Below are positions 1 to 10,089 of a stretch of 64,000 nucleotides of DNA, piece by piece. The DNA is taken from positions 32,001 to 96,000 of the IMG/VR virus record IMGVR_UViG_3300033076_001485, one strand, 5' to 3'. Made by a program: the position numbers and the translations under genes. The notes under the pieces were generated by a model. It ran no database searches and had not been told where the DNA came from. It saw only the letters and a list, made by a program, of their open reading frames with translations. Origin of the DNA: a virus. Its lineage: Duplodnaviria > Caudoviricetes. Position 1 is the stretch's first letter. Every line of letters starts with the position of its first letter.

Positions 1-342
1 AAGGATGCTATCAATGAGATTGAGCTTTTAGATCTCGAGAATTACACTGTTGATCAAAATCAAGACGCAAATCTCATCAAACAAGACGCAAATTTAAGCA
101 TATTCATGTTGCTCGAAGATATTAGATGCGATATGCTTTGTGAAAATGAGATTAAATGCATAGAAGCAATTAAGAAGATTTTCAATGAAATTGAAGATAT
201 TGAAATTCTTAATAAGCGGGCAATATTTGTCTACGTCAGAGACATCACAGGTTTAACACCCAAACAGCTATCAATTGCCATGTCAAGCATTAGAAAGAAA
301 TATAAAGATTTGATGTTGACAGGTGATTATGATATTTTCTAA
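1..342 (+). CDS. 5'-truncated ORF; C-terminal helix-turn-helix region of a probable phage sigma-like (late transcription) factor
   Basis: Frame 1 is open from base 1 (KDAINEIELLDLENY...) to TAA at 340-342. The C-terminal NKRAIFVYVRDITGLTPKQLSIAMSSIRKKY resembles a sigma region-4-like HTH, and the gene sits at the head of a late structural cluster. Function is inferred. Confidence 0.45.
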   Translation, partial: KDAINEIELLDLENYTVDQNQDANLIKQDANLSIFMLLEDIRCDMLCENEIKCIEAIKKIFNEIEDIEILNKRAIFVYVRDITGLTPKQLSIAMSSIRKKYKDLMLTGDYDIF

Positions 343-356
343 AATAAGGAGCAAGA

Positions 357-716
357 ATGGCTGATTTTAATAAAACACTTGATTCTCTTAATGAGAAAGA
401 TAAGAAAATCAAGCAATTTTCTGACATTCTTGATACTTTAACTTCTACAGAAGATAAGAAAAAACTCTTGTGGAAGGAGATTTATGAGAATGCTGTCAAT
501 GATCGAGAGAATGCAGGCATCCTATTCACTGACACATTGATGCAAGTTAAGGGAAATGCAGCAAATCACAATATCTTAGGGCCTGTTATTGTCAAATATA
601 TTGAAAGAATGTCTCGTGCAAATGATCAAATTCTAAAACTTGCAGAGCTTATTGCTCAAGAAGAGTCAAAAGAAATGAGCATGGACGCAATTTATGACAA
701 GATTGGTGACACCTAA
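357..716 (+). CDS. hypothetical alpha-helical protein (119 aa)
   Basis: ORF preceded by a purine-rich AAGAGAG; its stop overlaps the next start (TAATG). No recognisable motif. Confidence 0.8.
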   Translation: MADFNKTLDSLNEKDKKIKQFSDILDTLTSTEDKKKLLWKEIYENAVNDRENAGILFTDTLMQVKGNAANHNILGPVIVKYIERMSRANDQILKLAELIAQEESKEMSMDAIYDKIGDT

Positions 717-2107
717 TGTCAATTTTTTCAAGAGTATCTGGACCATTTGTTATACCAAATGCAAACGCTGGAGATATGCAAACCTCTCAAAATTTAATGG
801 GAGGACATGCAGCATTTATTACTGCTAAAGTCATAGATTTCATCTCAGATCCCAAAACTTTAAGCGAAAGCAAAATTAATGAAATCAAAAATTCAGTTAC
901 AAATAGCTCTCTGATAAATTCCATGCCAGTTAATTCTATCTGGTGTCAGATAATTGAGGCAAATCGTCTTGACCAGCATATTGCATATCCATTCTTTCCT
1001 GCACATCTCTGTTTACCAATAAAGCCAGCAGAGCAAGTTTGGATTTTTTATTCTCCAACAGATCAAGTTTATTACTGGGTTTGTCGAAAACCCGGTGACT
1101 ATATTTCTGAGGATGTCAATTACACACATATAGATCGTATCGTAAATAAACCTATAACAATTGGTACAGCAGGTGTTGAGCCACAAGTTGGAGCAAAAGA
1201 TGCATTCAACGGCACACTACCAGATACAGTAAATTTTCCACAAGGAAAAACAGATAGTGTGTATGTAAAGACATCAGGCGTATTTTTTGATGATACACAA
1301 ATTATTGAACAGTCTCAAGAATATCAAGAAAAATTCATACAAGAAGCTGTTCCTAGGTTAGTTAGACAACCAGGCGATCTTGTAATGCAAGGATCCAATA
1401 ACTCAACAATAGTGTTAGGATCATCTGAAAATAAAGAAGGAAAAGGTGTCATTGACATCGTAACTGGAAGATTTCTAAGAACAAATCCAGTAACAAACAC
1501 ACGCGGCTATAAAGAAGTCGACAAAACAAGAACAGCAACATCTGATGGTCAAACTGACCTGGCGTATGATGATGCACGTGTGTATCTTGGAATGAATGAG
1601 GATGCCGACTCAGAATTTCGAGTTAATATTTCAGGCATACCAGGCAGCGGAACATCATCATGTGCTGTAGTCAAGGGAAATCATGTAAGACTTCTTGGAA
1701 GGGGAAATGTTAAGATCACATCGCAAGCGTCTGGAGCAAGTATTGTTCTACAAGAAACGGGTGATGTGATTATTGTTCCTGGCGATGATGGGAAAGTTTA
1801 TTTAGCAGGTGCTGAATCTAATCAATCTTATCTTAGATATGATGAGTTTAATGATATTATTAATCGCTTAATTGATATGATTGCAGCACTCCAAAGTTCT
1901 TTAGGTCCAGCGTCAATAGCAGCAGCAGCAGCAGCTGCATCTACAACGGCAGCTGGTAATCCTCCAGGCACACCTTTGGGCGATGCGTATGTAGAAAATG
2001 CAGTTATTATTGCAAATCCTGACACATTTGGTGCAATTGAAGCTTACACTAATCAAGTAAATAACCTTCTTCGAACCATTAAGTCTCAAAAGATATTGGG
2101 AACTTGA
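716..2107 (+). CDS. probable baseplate central spike/hub protein (gp5/gpV-like), no lysozyme domain
   Basis: N-terminal OB-fold-like segment (AYPFFPAHLCLPIKPAEQVWIF...YYW), GDLVMQGSNNSTIVLG and short beta-strand repeats C-terminally; directly upstream of gp25 and gp6. Confidence 0.6.
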   Translation: MSIFSRVSGPFVIPNANAGDMQTSQNLMGGHAAFITAKVIDFISDPKTLSESKINEIKNSVTNSSLINSMPVNSIWCQIIEANRLDQHIAYPFFPAHLCLPIKPAEQVWIFYSPTDQVYYWVCRKPGDYISEDVNYTHIDRIVNKPITIGTAGVEPQVGAKDAFNGTLPDTVNFPQGKTDSVYVKTSGVFFDDTQIIEQSQEYQEKFIQEAVPRLVRQPGDLVMQGSNNSTIVLGSSENKEGKGVIDIVTGRFLRTNPVTNTRGYKEVDKTRTATSDGQTDLAYDDARVYLGMNEDADSEFRVNISGIPGSGTSSCAVVKGNHVRLLGRGNVKITSQASGASIVLQETGDVIIVPGDDGKVYLAGAESNQSYLRYDEFNDIINRLIDMIAALQSSLGPASIAAAAAAASTTAAGNPPGTPLGDAYVENAVIIANPDTFGAIEAYTNQVNNLLRTIKSQKILGT

Positions 2108-2114
2108 TGAGAAC

Positions 2115-2121
2115 ATACTTA
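2115..2121 (+). promoter_or_regulatory. candidate late promoter core ATACTTA
   Basis: Member of the recurring intergenic ATAN(T/G)TA motif; 9 nt upstream of the ATG at 2131. Confidence 0.55.
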
Positions 2122-2130
2122 TAGCATGAG

Positions 2131-2601
2131 ATGGCAGAAAGAAGCTTTAAAAATATCGGCACAACGACCGCGCAATTGCAGGCAGCACGTCCTGTTGCGC
2201 AAACTTTTCCTATTGGAATAAAAACACCAATAGAATTTGGGGGAAATGGCAATCCCTACAAAATGCACACCTCGGTGCCTGAACAGATTAATGATAATCT
2301 TCGAAACATGATTTTAACTAATCGTGGAGAAAGGTTGGGAAAATATGACTATGGTGCCAACCTTAGACAAATTCTAGCAGATTTTGCAACCAACACTGAT
2401 GTTGAGACAATTGCAATGCAGTCTATCATGTCAACTGTTGAAAAATACATGCCGTTTATTTCACTTGACACATTTGACATGCAAAATTTGCCATCAACAA
2501 GAAATGCTCAAGCAAAATTTCAAATTAATATAGGATACAGTGTTCCAAAAATTGGAGCAAACAATCAAAAGCTTAAAATAATTCTCGAGGTAATGGGATA
2601 A
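2131..2601 (+). CDS. gp25: baseplate wedge/sheath initiator, gp25 (GPW/gp25) family
   Basis: QINDNLRNMILTNRGERL...YGANL family signature; 156 aa; immediately upstream of gp6. Confidence 0.9.
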   Translation: MAERSFKNIGTTTAQLQAARPVAQTFPIGIKTPIEFGGNGNPYKMHTSVPEQINDNLRNMILTNRGERLGKYDYGANLRQILADFATNTDVETIAMQSIMSTVEKYMPFISLDTFDMQNLPSTRNAQAKFQINIGYSVPKIGANNQKLKIILEVMG

Positions 2602-4448
2602 TGGCATCAACACTGCAACAAAAGTTAAAGCAACGCCGTCAGAGATCATATCTTGGAAAAGATTTTGATAGTTTGCGTGATAACCTCGCGACATACGCCA
2701 AGAATTACTATTCAGATCAAATTAAAGACGTCTCAGAAGCATCAGTTGCAGGTATGTTTATCGACATGGCCGCTTACACAGGCGACATGTTAACATATTA
2801 TCTTGATTATCAGTTTAATGAGTTAAGTCTTGAAACAGCTACAGATCCCAACAACGTAGATCGTCTAATTAGACGAGCAGGCGTCAAATATGGCGGTGCA
2901 TCACCTGCGATAGTAACAGTAAATTTTTATGCCATAATACCTGCCACTTCGTCAAATGGTGTATACTCACCTAATACACAGTATATGCCTGTAATACAGT
3001 CAGGAACGCAGGTTAAATCAAACTCAGGCATAATATTTGAACTAACAAATGATTTGGATTTTGCTGCTGTAGATTCAAATAGAAATTTGATCGCATCTTA
3101 TAAAATCTTTTCGCAAGATGCAAGCGGAAACCCAACTAAATTTGTTGTAAAGGCATCTGGCATTTGTTCATCAGGAAGAGTTATAACTGAGAGATTTACT
3201 ATTGATGATAGTTTTGTCCCGTTCAGAACAGTTACACTTTCAAATCAAAATGTTAATGAAATTATCAGCATAACTGATTCTGATGGAAACATCTATTATG
3301 AAGTTGAATCTTTGACACATGATGTCGTCTTTAAGGCACGCACAAATACATCATCTGATTCTGGTATTGTTGAAGACGCATTGACAGTTATTCCTGCACC
3401 TAGAAGATTTATTTCTGAAACAAGCCGTGTATCAGGTAAGACTACAATAACGTTCGGATCGGGCGATGCCGATTCACTTGACGATGATATTATACCAGAC
3501 CCATCAGAGATTGCTTTGCCCTTGTACGGATCAAATAAGACATTTAGAAAAGTCTCAATTGATCCTAATTCATTGTTGAAAACAAGAAGTCTAGGTATAA
3601 CTCCTGTCAATACGACATTGACTATATCATATCGATATGGCGGTGGTCTAAATAACAATGTCGGATCAGGAACAATTAATGCAATATCTCGCCTAGTGCA
3701 TCGTTTCCCACCATCAACCCCGCTAAGCATTGCTTCTACTATTAGAGCAACATTTGAAGTTGACAATACAGAGACAGCAGTCGGTGGAGAAGATTCTTTG
3801 TCACTCGAAGATCTTCGTGCAATTGCACTAAATTATGCAAATTCTCAAAATAGAATCGTTACTAAGCAAGATGCAGCTGCTAGAGTCTATACGATGCCAT
3901 CAAATTTTGGTAGAGTGTATCGTGTGGGTTTTAGACCCAATCCTGTCAATCCTCTTGCAACTCTTATGTACGTTGTAAGCAGAAATAGTGACGGTATGCT
4001 TGTTCTTTCAAGCGACACACTAAAACTAAATCTTAGTAAGTACCTAAATGAATTTAGGCTAATAACAGATGCAATTGACATTGTTGATGCACCTATTGTT
4101 AATTTAAAACTAAATTATAATGTTGTTTTGTACTCAACTGCGGTAAAGAATACAACACTACAGACGATTAATCAATCGCTTAAAGACTACTTTAATATTA
4201 AAAATTTCCAAATAGACCAGCCAATTCTACTATCAGACGTTACCAATATTTTGCTTAATACAGACGGTGTGATGTCAATATCAAATATTACTTTCACAGG
4301 TGCAAGTGGTGTGATTAATGGTGTGGAATACAGTGATGTATTGTTTAATGTTGATCAAAACATAACAAATGGATTACTTGTTCCCCCACCGGGCGGTATA
4401 TTTGAAATTAGATATCCAGATTACGACATTGTCGGAAATGCTACGTAG
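2601..4448 (+). CDS. gp6: baseplate wedge subunit gp6 / baseplate J-like
   Basis: YLGKDFDSLRDNL...MFIDMAAYTGDMLTYYLD N-terminus; YRYGGG; GGEDSLSLEDLR...QNRIVTKQD. Confidence 0.9.
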   Translation: MASTLQQKLKQRRQRSYLGKDFDSLRDNLATYAKNYYSDQIKDVSEASVAGMFIDMAAYTGDMLTYYLDYQFNELSLETATDPNNVDRLIRRAGVKYGGASPAIVTVNFYAIIPATSSNGVYSPNTQYMPVIQSGTQVKSNSGIIFELTNDLDFAAVDSNRNLIASYKIFSQDASGNPTKFVVKASGICSSGRVITERFTIDDSFVPFRTVTLSNQNVNEIISITDSDGNIYYEVESLTHDVVFKARTNTSSDSGIVEDALTVIPAPRRFISETSRVSGKTTITFGSGDADSLDDDIIPDPSEIALPLYGSNKTFRKVSIDPNSLLKTRSLGITPVNTTLTISYRYGGGLNNNVGSGTINAISRLVHRFPPSTPLSIASTIRATFEVDNTETAVGGEDSLSLEDLRAIALNYANSQNRIVTKQDAAARVYTMPSNFGRVYRVGFRPNPVNPLATLMYVVSRNSDGMLVLSSDTLKLNLSKYLNEFRLITDAIDIVDAPIVNLKLNYNVVLYSTAVKNTTLQTINQSLKDYFNIKNFQIDQPILLSDVTNILLNTDGVMSISNITFTGASGVINGVEYSDVLFNVDQNITNGLLVPPPGGIFEIRYPDYDIVGNAT

Positions 4449-4456
4449 GAGCTAAG

Positions 4457-5968
4457 ATGTATCTAACACTTTCAGCAAGCAAAGACGCATATATTACAAA
4501 TAAGATTGTTGGATCATCGTTTCGTGCAACTGATGCAAATCTTGGACAAGCGGGAACTCTTGATCTATTCAAGCTCTATGACGAGAATAGGATTGTGGGT
4601 GAAACAAATCCCATAGAGCTTTCAAGAGCACTAATTAAATTTGATTACAGCGCGCTGTCAAGCATGATGAGATCTAAGCTGGATATCAACGATTCATCAT
4701 TCAAGTGCACACTTGTTCTGAGTGATGTCTATGGCGGCCAGCCGACACCCACTAATTTTAAATTAATTGTATTTCCTCTATCTAGAAGTTTTGATGAAGG
4801 TGTTGGACGAGATGTTGTAGGTTTTAGAGATATTGACGTATGCAATTATTTGACTGCGTCTGTTTCAACAGGTAATGTTGAGAAATGGTTTACAACAGGC
4901 GCAGATAAGCAGGGCTTATTAGGATCAAATGATATTGACATAATATCAAGTGGCAACTTGTACGATGGAAATGGAATCGTAAATCTATGGAGAGAACAGC
5001 TTTTCACGTCAGGTGAAGAAGATCTTACAGTTGATGTAACAAGCATTGTCTCAGGAACATTAGCAGGTTTAATTCCTGATCATGGATTTAGAATTTCTTT
5101 TTCTGGATCGATGGAAACAGATGAATTTACAAGATTTGTTAAGAGATTTACTTCTAGAAACGCAACAAACGTTGGTAAACGACCAAAAATTATTGTTACA
5201 TACAATGATCTAGTTAGAGACAATCATGAAAACTTTTTCTTTAATGAGCAAGGAAATTTATTTCTATCTAACAATATAAGAGGAAATCCTAGAAACATCC
5301 TGTCTGGTACATCTTTGACTGAGGTTAAAGGTGATAATTGCATGATTTTGACTTTGTCAACAGGCTCGTATACAAAGCAATTCAATGTCTCCCAATTTAA
5401 GTGGGGTAACAATTACGTTACAGGAACTTATTATGCCTCATTTACATTAAATAGCTACGAAAATAGCAATATTCTTAATAATCTAATGGCATCTGGATCT
5501 GTCGAGTTTAAAGAGATCTGGGGATCAAATGATGGATCTGTCGCATATTTGTCAAGTTCATTAACAGTTTACCGTCCAGATATAGCACAATTTGATATTG
5601 ACCTAGAACGAATTACTGTTAGCATGACTAACATGCGCACTTCATATGAGCAAAATGAGCAGTATCGATTTAGAGTTTTCATAGAAGATATTACAAGAGA
5701 ATTTATTGCAAAAAAGCTACCAATTGAAAATAAGGGTATCTTTGTAGAAGAGATTTACTATCAAGTTAGAGATACAGATCTAAATGAGGTTTTAGTACCA
5801 TTCCACAATCCAGGTACAGCCGTGTCTAATGACACCGTTAGTCATTATTTTGATTTTAATATGATTTCTCTGCCAAGGGGAAGAACCTATACGTTCGATT
5901 TTAAGATATTACGAGAAAATTCTGAAATTATATTTAGAGACATAGCAGCAAAATTTAGAGTGAATTAA
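4457..5968 (+). CDS. putative virion (baseplate-associated) beta-rich protein, possibly with a DNRLRE/CBM96-like N-terminal domain
   Basis: AGGAG RBS; N-terminal ASKDAYI...SRALIKFD...DVTSIV...GFRI...RPKIIVTYND pattern; position after gp6. Confidence 0.55.
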   Translation: MYLTLSASKDAYITNKIVGSSFRATDANLGQAGTLDLFKLYDENRIVGETNPIELSRALIKFDYSALSSMMRSKLDINDSSFKCTLVLSDVYGGQPTPTNFKLIVFPLSRSFDEGVGRDVVGFRDIDVCNYLTASVSTGNVEKWFTTGADKQGLLGSNDIDIISSGNLYDGNGIVNLWREQLFTSGEEDLTVDVTSIVSGTLAGLIPDHGFRISFSGSMETDEFTRFVKRFTSRNATNVGKRPKIIVTYNDLVRDNHENFFFNEQGNLFLSNNIRGNPRNILSGTSLTEVKGDNCMILTLSTGSYTKQFNVSQFKWGNNYVTGTYYASFTLNSYENSNILNNLMASGSVEFKEIWGSNDGSVAYLSSSLTVYRPDIAQFDIDLERITVSMTNMRTSYEQNEQYRFRVFIEDITREFIAKKLPIENKGIFVEEIYYQVRDTDLNEVLVPFHNPGTAVSNDTVSHYFDFNMISLPRGRTYTFDFKILRENSEIIFRDIAAKFRVN

Positions 5969-5970
5969 AA

Positions 5971-8900
5971 ATGCCATCAAACGTTGTTAGAACAAATCGA
6001 CCCACAGTCTTCACAACAAATTTGAAAGCGGCATCACTGTCTAATAGAATAGACGGAATAACGATCCAAAACCAAGAAGAAAGCAATATTGGCAACCCAA
6101 ATTCTTTTAGGTATGACCAGATTGGCGCAGCATTAAAATCAACACAAGAACTCAATATTGATTATACAAAATTTGAGAATCACACATTCTTTAATTCTGC
6201 TGTAGCAAAAGTAAATGTGGCATTTGATCGAATAATAAACAACTACCCATTTGATTCCTCTTTAACAGAGATACAAGACTACGAAGATAGTTTGACAGGT
6301 TATGAGCGCTACTTACTCTCGCAGTTTTCAAAAAATAAGAATTTCCTGTTATTTGACGGGACTTCATACATTAATGTAATTGACGCAGCAGGTGCAAACT
6401 TTCCAGCTTCATCTAAAGATGACACAGGAATTGGAGTTCTAGATCCAAATACAAATAATTTTTCATTTCAAATGTTTTTTTATGCTTCTCAAGAACAAAA
6501 TGACAATCAAGTCATCTTACAAAAGAGAAGAGATGAAAATAATGCAATAACAATTGCTTTATCGCAGTCATTTTCAACCGATGATTGCAAAGCAATCTTT
6601 GCAATTTCTAATGGAATTTATTATTCAACAGCATCTGCAACTATTCAAAAAGGCACATTTAATCATTTATATTTTGAATATCGTGCTGAAGATTCGACAG
6701 GATCATTAAAAATTTTTAATAATCTAGAAAGAGTTTCATCTGAATCTGATTTTATCAATTTTGGTGGAATTGCTCTCAATTGTGCACCAATCACAATTGG
6801 AACAGGCTCGTCACACACGATTGGCGGTTACAGCTTTATTCCTAAAAATGTCCTTTCAGGAGCAATTGACGAATTAAGATTTTATCATGATGTAGTTGAT
6901 CAAGAAACTTTAGAATATAACTGGAAAAAAGAGATCTATGCAACACAAGGATTAAAGTTATATTTCAAGTTTAATGAACCAACAGGATCATACGGTGCAA
7001 ATGATGTTGTTCTAGACTACTCGGGTAATTCACTACACTCCTATATTGAAAACTTTTCACCTAGTTTAAGATTAGGAAGCGGAATTAAAAATCCGATGTC
7101 AGCAGAAGATATCGATCGCTGCCCTGTCTTATTCGCTGATTATCCTACAACTTTAGCAATGAACCAAACATTGCTGGAAGAAGCTAGAGCATATGATGCT
7201 GACAATCCTAATCTTATTACTAAACTAATTCCTGCACATTACCTTCGTGAAGGTTACACATCGCAAGGTTTTGTTGATGAAGATGGGACTATCGGCGACA
7301 ATTTAAAAGGTGACTCAATGCCAGGTACAGGTGTTATAGGATCACCCCAGATTATCACATCTATACTTTTAATTTATGCAAAATTCTTTGACGAATTGAA
7401 GCTATTTGTTGATCACTTCTCAAATCTTGTTCATATCGAATATGATCAAGATCTTTCAATTACGGATAAATTTTTACCATTTTTGGCAAATTACTATGGA
7501 TTTGAAGTTCCTTCCATGTTTAAAACAGCACTTGAAGAGCAGTTTTATGATGGAAGAAATATTACACAAAATGATGAAAAACTTGCTAATAATCTAGACT
7601 ATGTGAGAAAGCAGCTATGGCGAAGGATGCTTGTCAATATGTCAAGCATCATGAGAGAAAAGGGCACAAATGCATCTGTTCGTTCGCTATTTCATGCTGC
7701 TGGAATAATTCCAGAAAATTTCTTTACAATAAGAGAATTTGGCGGACCAAAGAAAAATTTCTTAATTGGGCGAAGAGAAACAAAGACAGAAGTTGCAACA
7801 ATGCTTGATTTTTCAGGTAGCTTAACAACTTCACTAGGCACTAATAACGCACAAGGGTTTTCAACAACAAAACCCCATATTGTGGGAAGTTATCTGTCGG
7901 GATCGAGAACAGAACCCGGCTACCCATTCATATCAGGAAATCCATCAGACGGTCTCCTGACGTCGGGGTCGTTTACGCTAGAAGGAATGTATAAGTTTTC
8001 TCCAAGACAACCTACCTTTGTCACAGAAAGCTTAATGAGATTGCATGTAACTGGAACACTTGCACCGTCAGATGCACACGGTGTAGTTCTAAACGTTATT
8101 GCAACGTCAGGATCGACACAAGAAGAAAAAACTTTATCACTTTACGTAAGGCCAAATCCTTCATCATTGTCAAGCATATTAGCGCTCCAGATGACAGGAA
8201 CAGACTTATTTGATGGAGATAAATGGAAAATATCTGTAGGAAGGTATAGGAATGATGAAATAGGAAAATTATCATCTCTCTATTACCTTAGAGCAGGAAA
8301 AAACATAGATACAGATTCTTATCTTACATTCACGACATCCTCATACTTTAATGATGTGTCTGCGACTAATGTATTACAATCATTAAGCACATTCAATACG
8401 TCGGGATCGTTTATCGTAATTGGATCACAAAGCCTAGCAAATAGTTCAATATTTTTGAATGGCGTCACAGCTGCAGCGAATACAAACTTCTCAGGAAAAG
8501 TTGCTCAACTAAGAATGTGGTCAAAATCACAAACAGAAAATGAATTTATTGAGCATGTTCGAAACTATAAGTCATTTGGCGTTGATAATCCATTAATCAA
8601 TTATTCGTTTGATACAGAATCAACAGGAACATTTGAGAGATTGAGGTTTGACTTAAGCACAGATCAGATTGTCACATCATCAGACACATTAGGACAAATT
8701 CAGTTATTTGACTTTAGTCAAAATAATTTGCTGGGTTTAGGCAATTCTTTTGAAGCGAACACACGTGTCATTAAACCGGAAACATTTTATTACTCACATT
8801 TAGCACCCAATTTTGATCAAAGCACAACTGATAACAAAGTCAGAATAAGAAGCTTGAAATATCCTGAAAATCATCCTGAATTAGGCGCAAGACTTGCACC

Positions 8901-9351
8901 TGTATACGATGTCATTAGAAGTGAAGAGCCCGATGACGATCGAAGATTCTTGATTGAGTATTCTGTTGTTAAAGCACTCAACGAAGATATAGTACGATTA
9001 CTATCAGACTTAGATTTCTTTAACGGCGCTCTTGGAAAGCCATCATACATGTACGACGAATATTATCCTGAAATAGATCAATTAAGAAAGATCTATTTCA
9101 ATAGATTGACAGATAAATTAAATTATCGTGTCTTTTTTGACCTATTTAAGTGGTTTGACACATCATATGAATCTTTAATTTCATCATTAATGCCCAAGAA
9201 AACACAGTTTTTGGGTATCAACTACACGATAGAGTCACACATGCTTGAGCGTCACAGAATGAGATACTTGTATGATCAGCAATATACACTAGGAACGGTC
9301 ACCACAGAAAATGCGTCTGGCATTAATCTTGAAACCGGAATAATCAGATAA
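5971..9351 (+). CDS. large baseplate wedge protein (gp7/P2 gpI-like core) with two LamG-like domains
   Basis: LPFLANYYGF...REKGTNASVRSLF resembles the gpI/gp7 core; LamG-type ends LSGAIDELRFY and FSGKVAQLRMW; 1126 aa. Confidence 0.65.
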   Translation: MPSNVVRTNRPTVFTTNLKAASLSNRIDGITIQNQEESNIGNPNSFRYDQIGAALKSTQELNIDYTKFENHTFFNSAVAKVNVAFDRIINNYPFDSSLTEIQDYEDSLTGYERYLLSQFSKNKNFLLFDGTSYINVIDAAGANFPASSKDDTGIGVLDPNTNNFSFQMFFYASQEQNDNQVILQKRRDENNAITIALSQSFSTDDCKAIFAISNGIYYSTASATIQKGTFNHLYFEYRAEDSTGSLKIFNNLERVSSESDFINFGGIALNCAPITIGTGSSHTIGGYSFIPKNVLSGAIDELRFYHDVVDQETLEYNWKKEIYATQGLKLYFKFNEPTGSYGANDVVLDYSGNSLHSYIENFSPSLRLGSGIKNPMSAEDIDRCPVLFADYPTTLAMNQTLLEEARAYDADNPNLITKLIPAHYLREGYTSQGFVDEDGTIGDNLKGDSMPGTGVIGSPQIITSILLIYAKFFDELKLFVDHFSNLVHIEYDQDLSITDKFLPFLANYYGFEVPSMFKTALEEQFYDGRNITQNDEKLANNLDYVRKQLWRRMLVNMSSIMREKGTNASVRSLFHAAGIIPENFFTIREFGGPKKNFLIGRRETKTEVATMLDFSGSLTTSLGTNNAQGFSTTKPHIVGSYLSGSRTEPGYPFISGNPSDGLLTSGSFTLEGMYKFSPRQPTFVTESLMRLHVTGTLAPSDAHGVVLNVIATSGSTQEEKTLSLYVRPNPSSLSSILALQMTGTDLFDGDKWKISVGRYRNDEIGKLSSLYYLRAGKNIDTDSYLTFTTSSYFNDVSATNVLQSLSTFNTSGSFIVIGSQSLANSSIFLNGVTAAANTNFSGKVAQLRMWSKSQTENEFIEHVRNYKSFGVDNPLINYSFDTESTGTFERLRFDLSTDQIVTSSDTLGQIQLFDFSQNNLLGLGNSFEANTRVIKPETFYYSHLAPNFDQSTTDNKVRIRSLKYPENHPELGARLAPVYDVIRSEEPDDDRRFLIEYSVVKALNEDIVRLLSDLDFFNGALGKPSYMYDEYYPEIDQLRKIYFNRLTDKLNYRVFFDLFKWFDTSYESLISSLMPKKTQFLGINYTIESHMLERHRMRYLYDQQYTLGTVTTENASGINLETGIIR

Positions 9352-9359
9352 GTATAAGC

Positions 9360-10088
9360 ATGTCATATACACCATTCAACGAAAGTGCACATCTTGTTAG
9401 AGGTAATTCTTCTCAAGATGGAATAGACATCTTGTCTATACGACAGCTTTTGCAAGGAAATGAGATTAGAGATCCAATGCGTCTTCGTGCAGGTGTTTTA
9501 CCTTACATGAGCATGAGATCAATACGCGTTAATGATCAAGGTCTTATAGAGAAATCAATAGAAATTAACGATCTTGGGCAAGAAATTAAAGCATCAACAA
9601 GCGCATTTGTTGATACGACAGAGCGTTGGACACCTACACAAATTATTCAAAGTGACCTATCAGAAGGTTTTCTTAAAGAGTTAGTGACGCAGCAAGTAAT
9701 TGATGAAGAAAAATACAATTCTTTAAGTGTTTTTGAGCCTGATGGATTGGAGGTGCCTTATACAGCTAGAGGCACAAAAGCAAGCTTAAATTCATCTAAC
9801 CCATTTATAGGAAGTCAATTACTCTCACCAAGATATCATGATGCTCTAGGGCAATGCGATTTTCTTGATGGACAAGAGACAATTTTGGGAATTGCAGTTC
9901 CTGCTATACAATCAGCTGACGCTTTAAAAATATTACCTTATAATGATTCAAATTCTGATGACACAGACCGTTTTGGAATTAACATTTTAAACGATGACGT
10001 GGATCTGTATGATCGTTATGCATCACAAGGCTTTGTTTACGCAAATAATGTGCGTGATTCGATAGCATTTGGCGGATTAAAGGATTAA
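9360..10088 (+). CDS. hypothetical protein, probable virion component (242 aa)
   Basis: ORF within the structural cluster; ATAAGTA late-type motif 5 nt before the ATG. Confidence 0.75.
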   Translation: MSYTPFNESAHLVRGNSSQDGIDILSIRQLLQGNEIRDPMRLRAGVLPYMSMRSIRVNDQGLIEKSIEINDLGQEIKASTSAFVDTTERWTPTQIIQSDLSEGFLKELVTQQVIDEEKYNSLSVFEPDGLEVPYTARGTKASLNSSNPFIGSQLLSPRYHDALGQCDFLDGQETILGIAVPAIQSADALKILPYNDSNSDDTDRFGINILNDDVDLYDRYASQGFVYANNVRDSIAFGGLKD

Positions 10089-10089
10089 A

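Noticed and set aside
61-93. 12-bp direct repeat CAAGACGCAAAT (61-72, 82-93)
   Set aside because: Only two copies, in frame (QDANL twice); most simply a small coding duplication.
1919-1939. (GCA)n run as a contingency microsatellite
   Set aside because: It encodes poly-Ala using a codon common throughout the window, and triplet length changes would not alter the frame.
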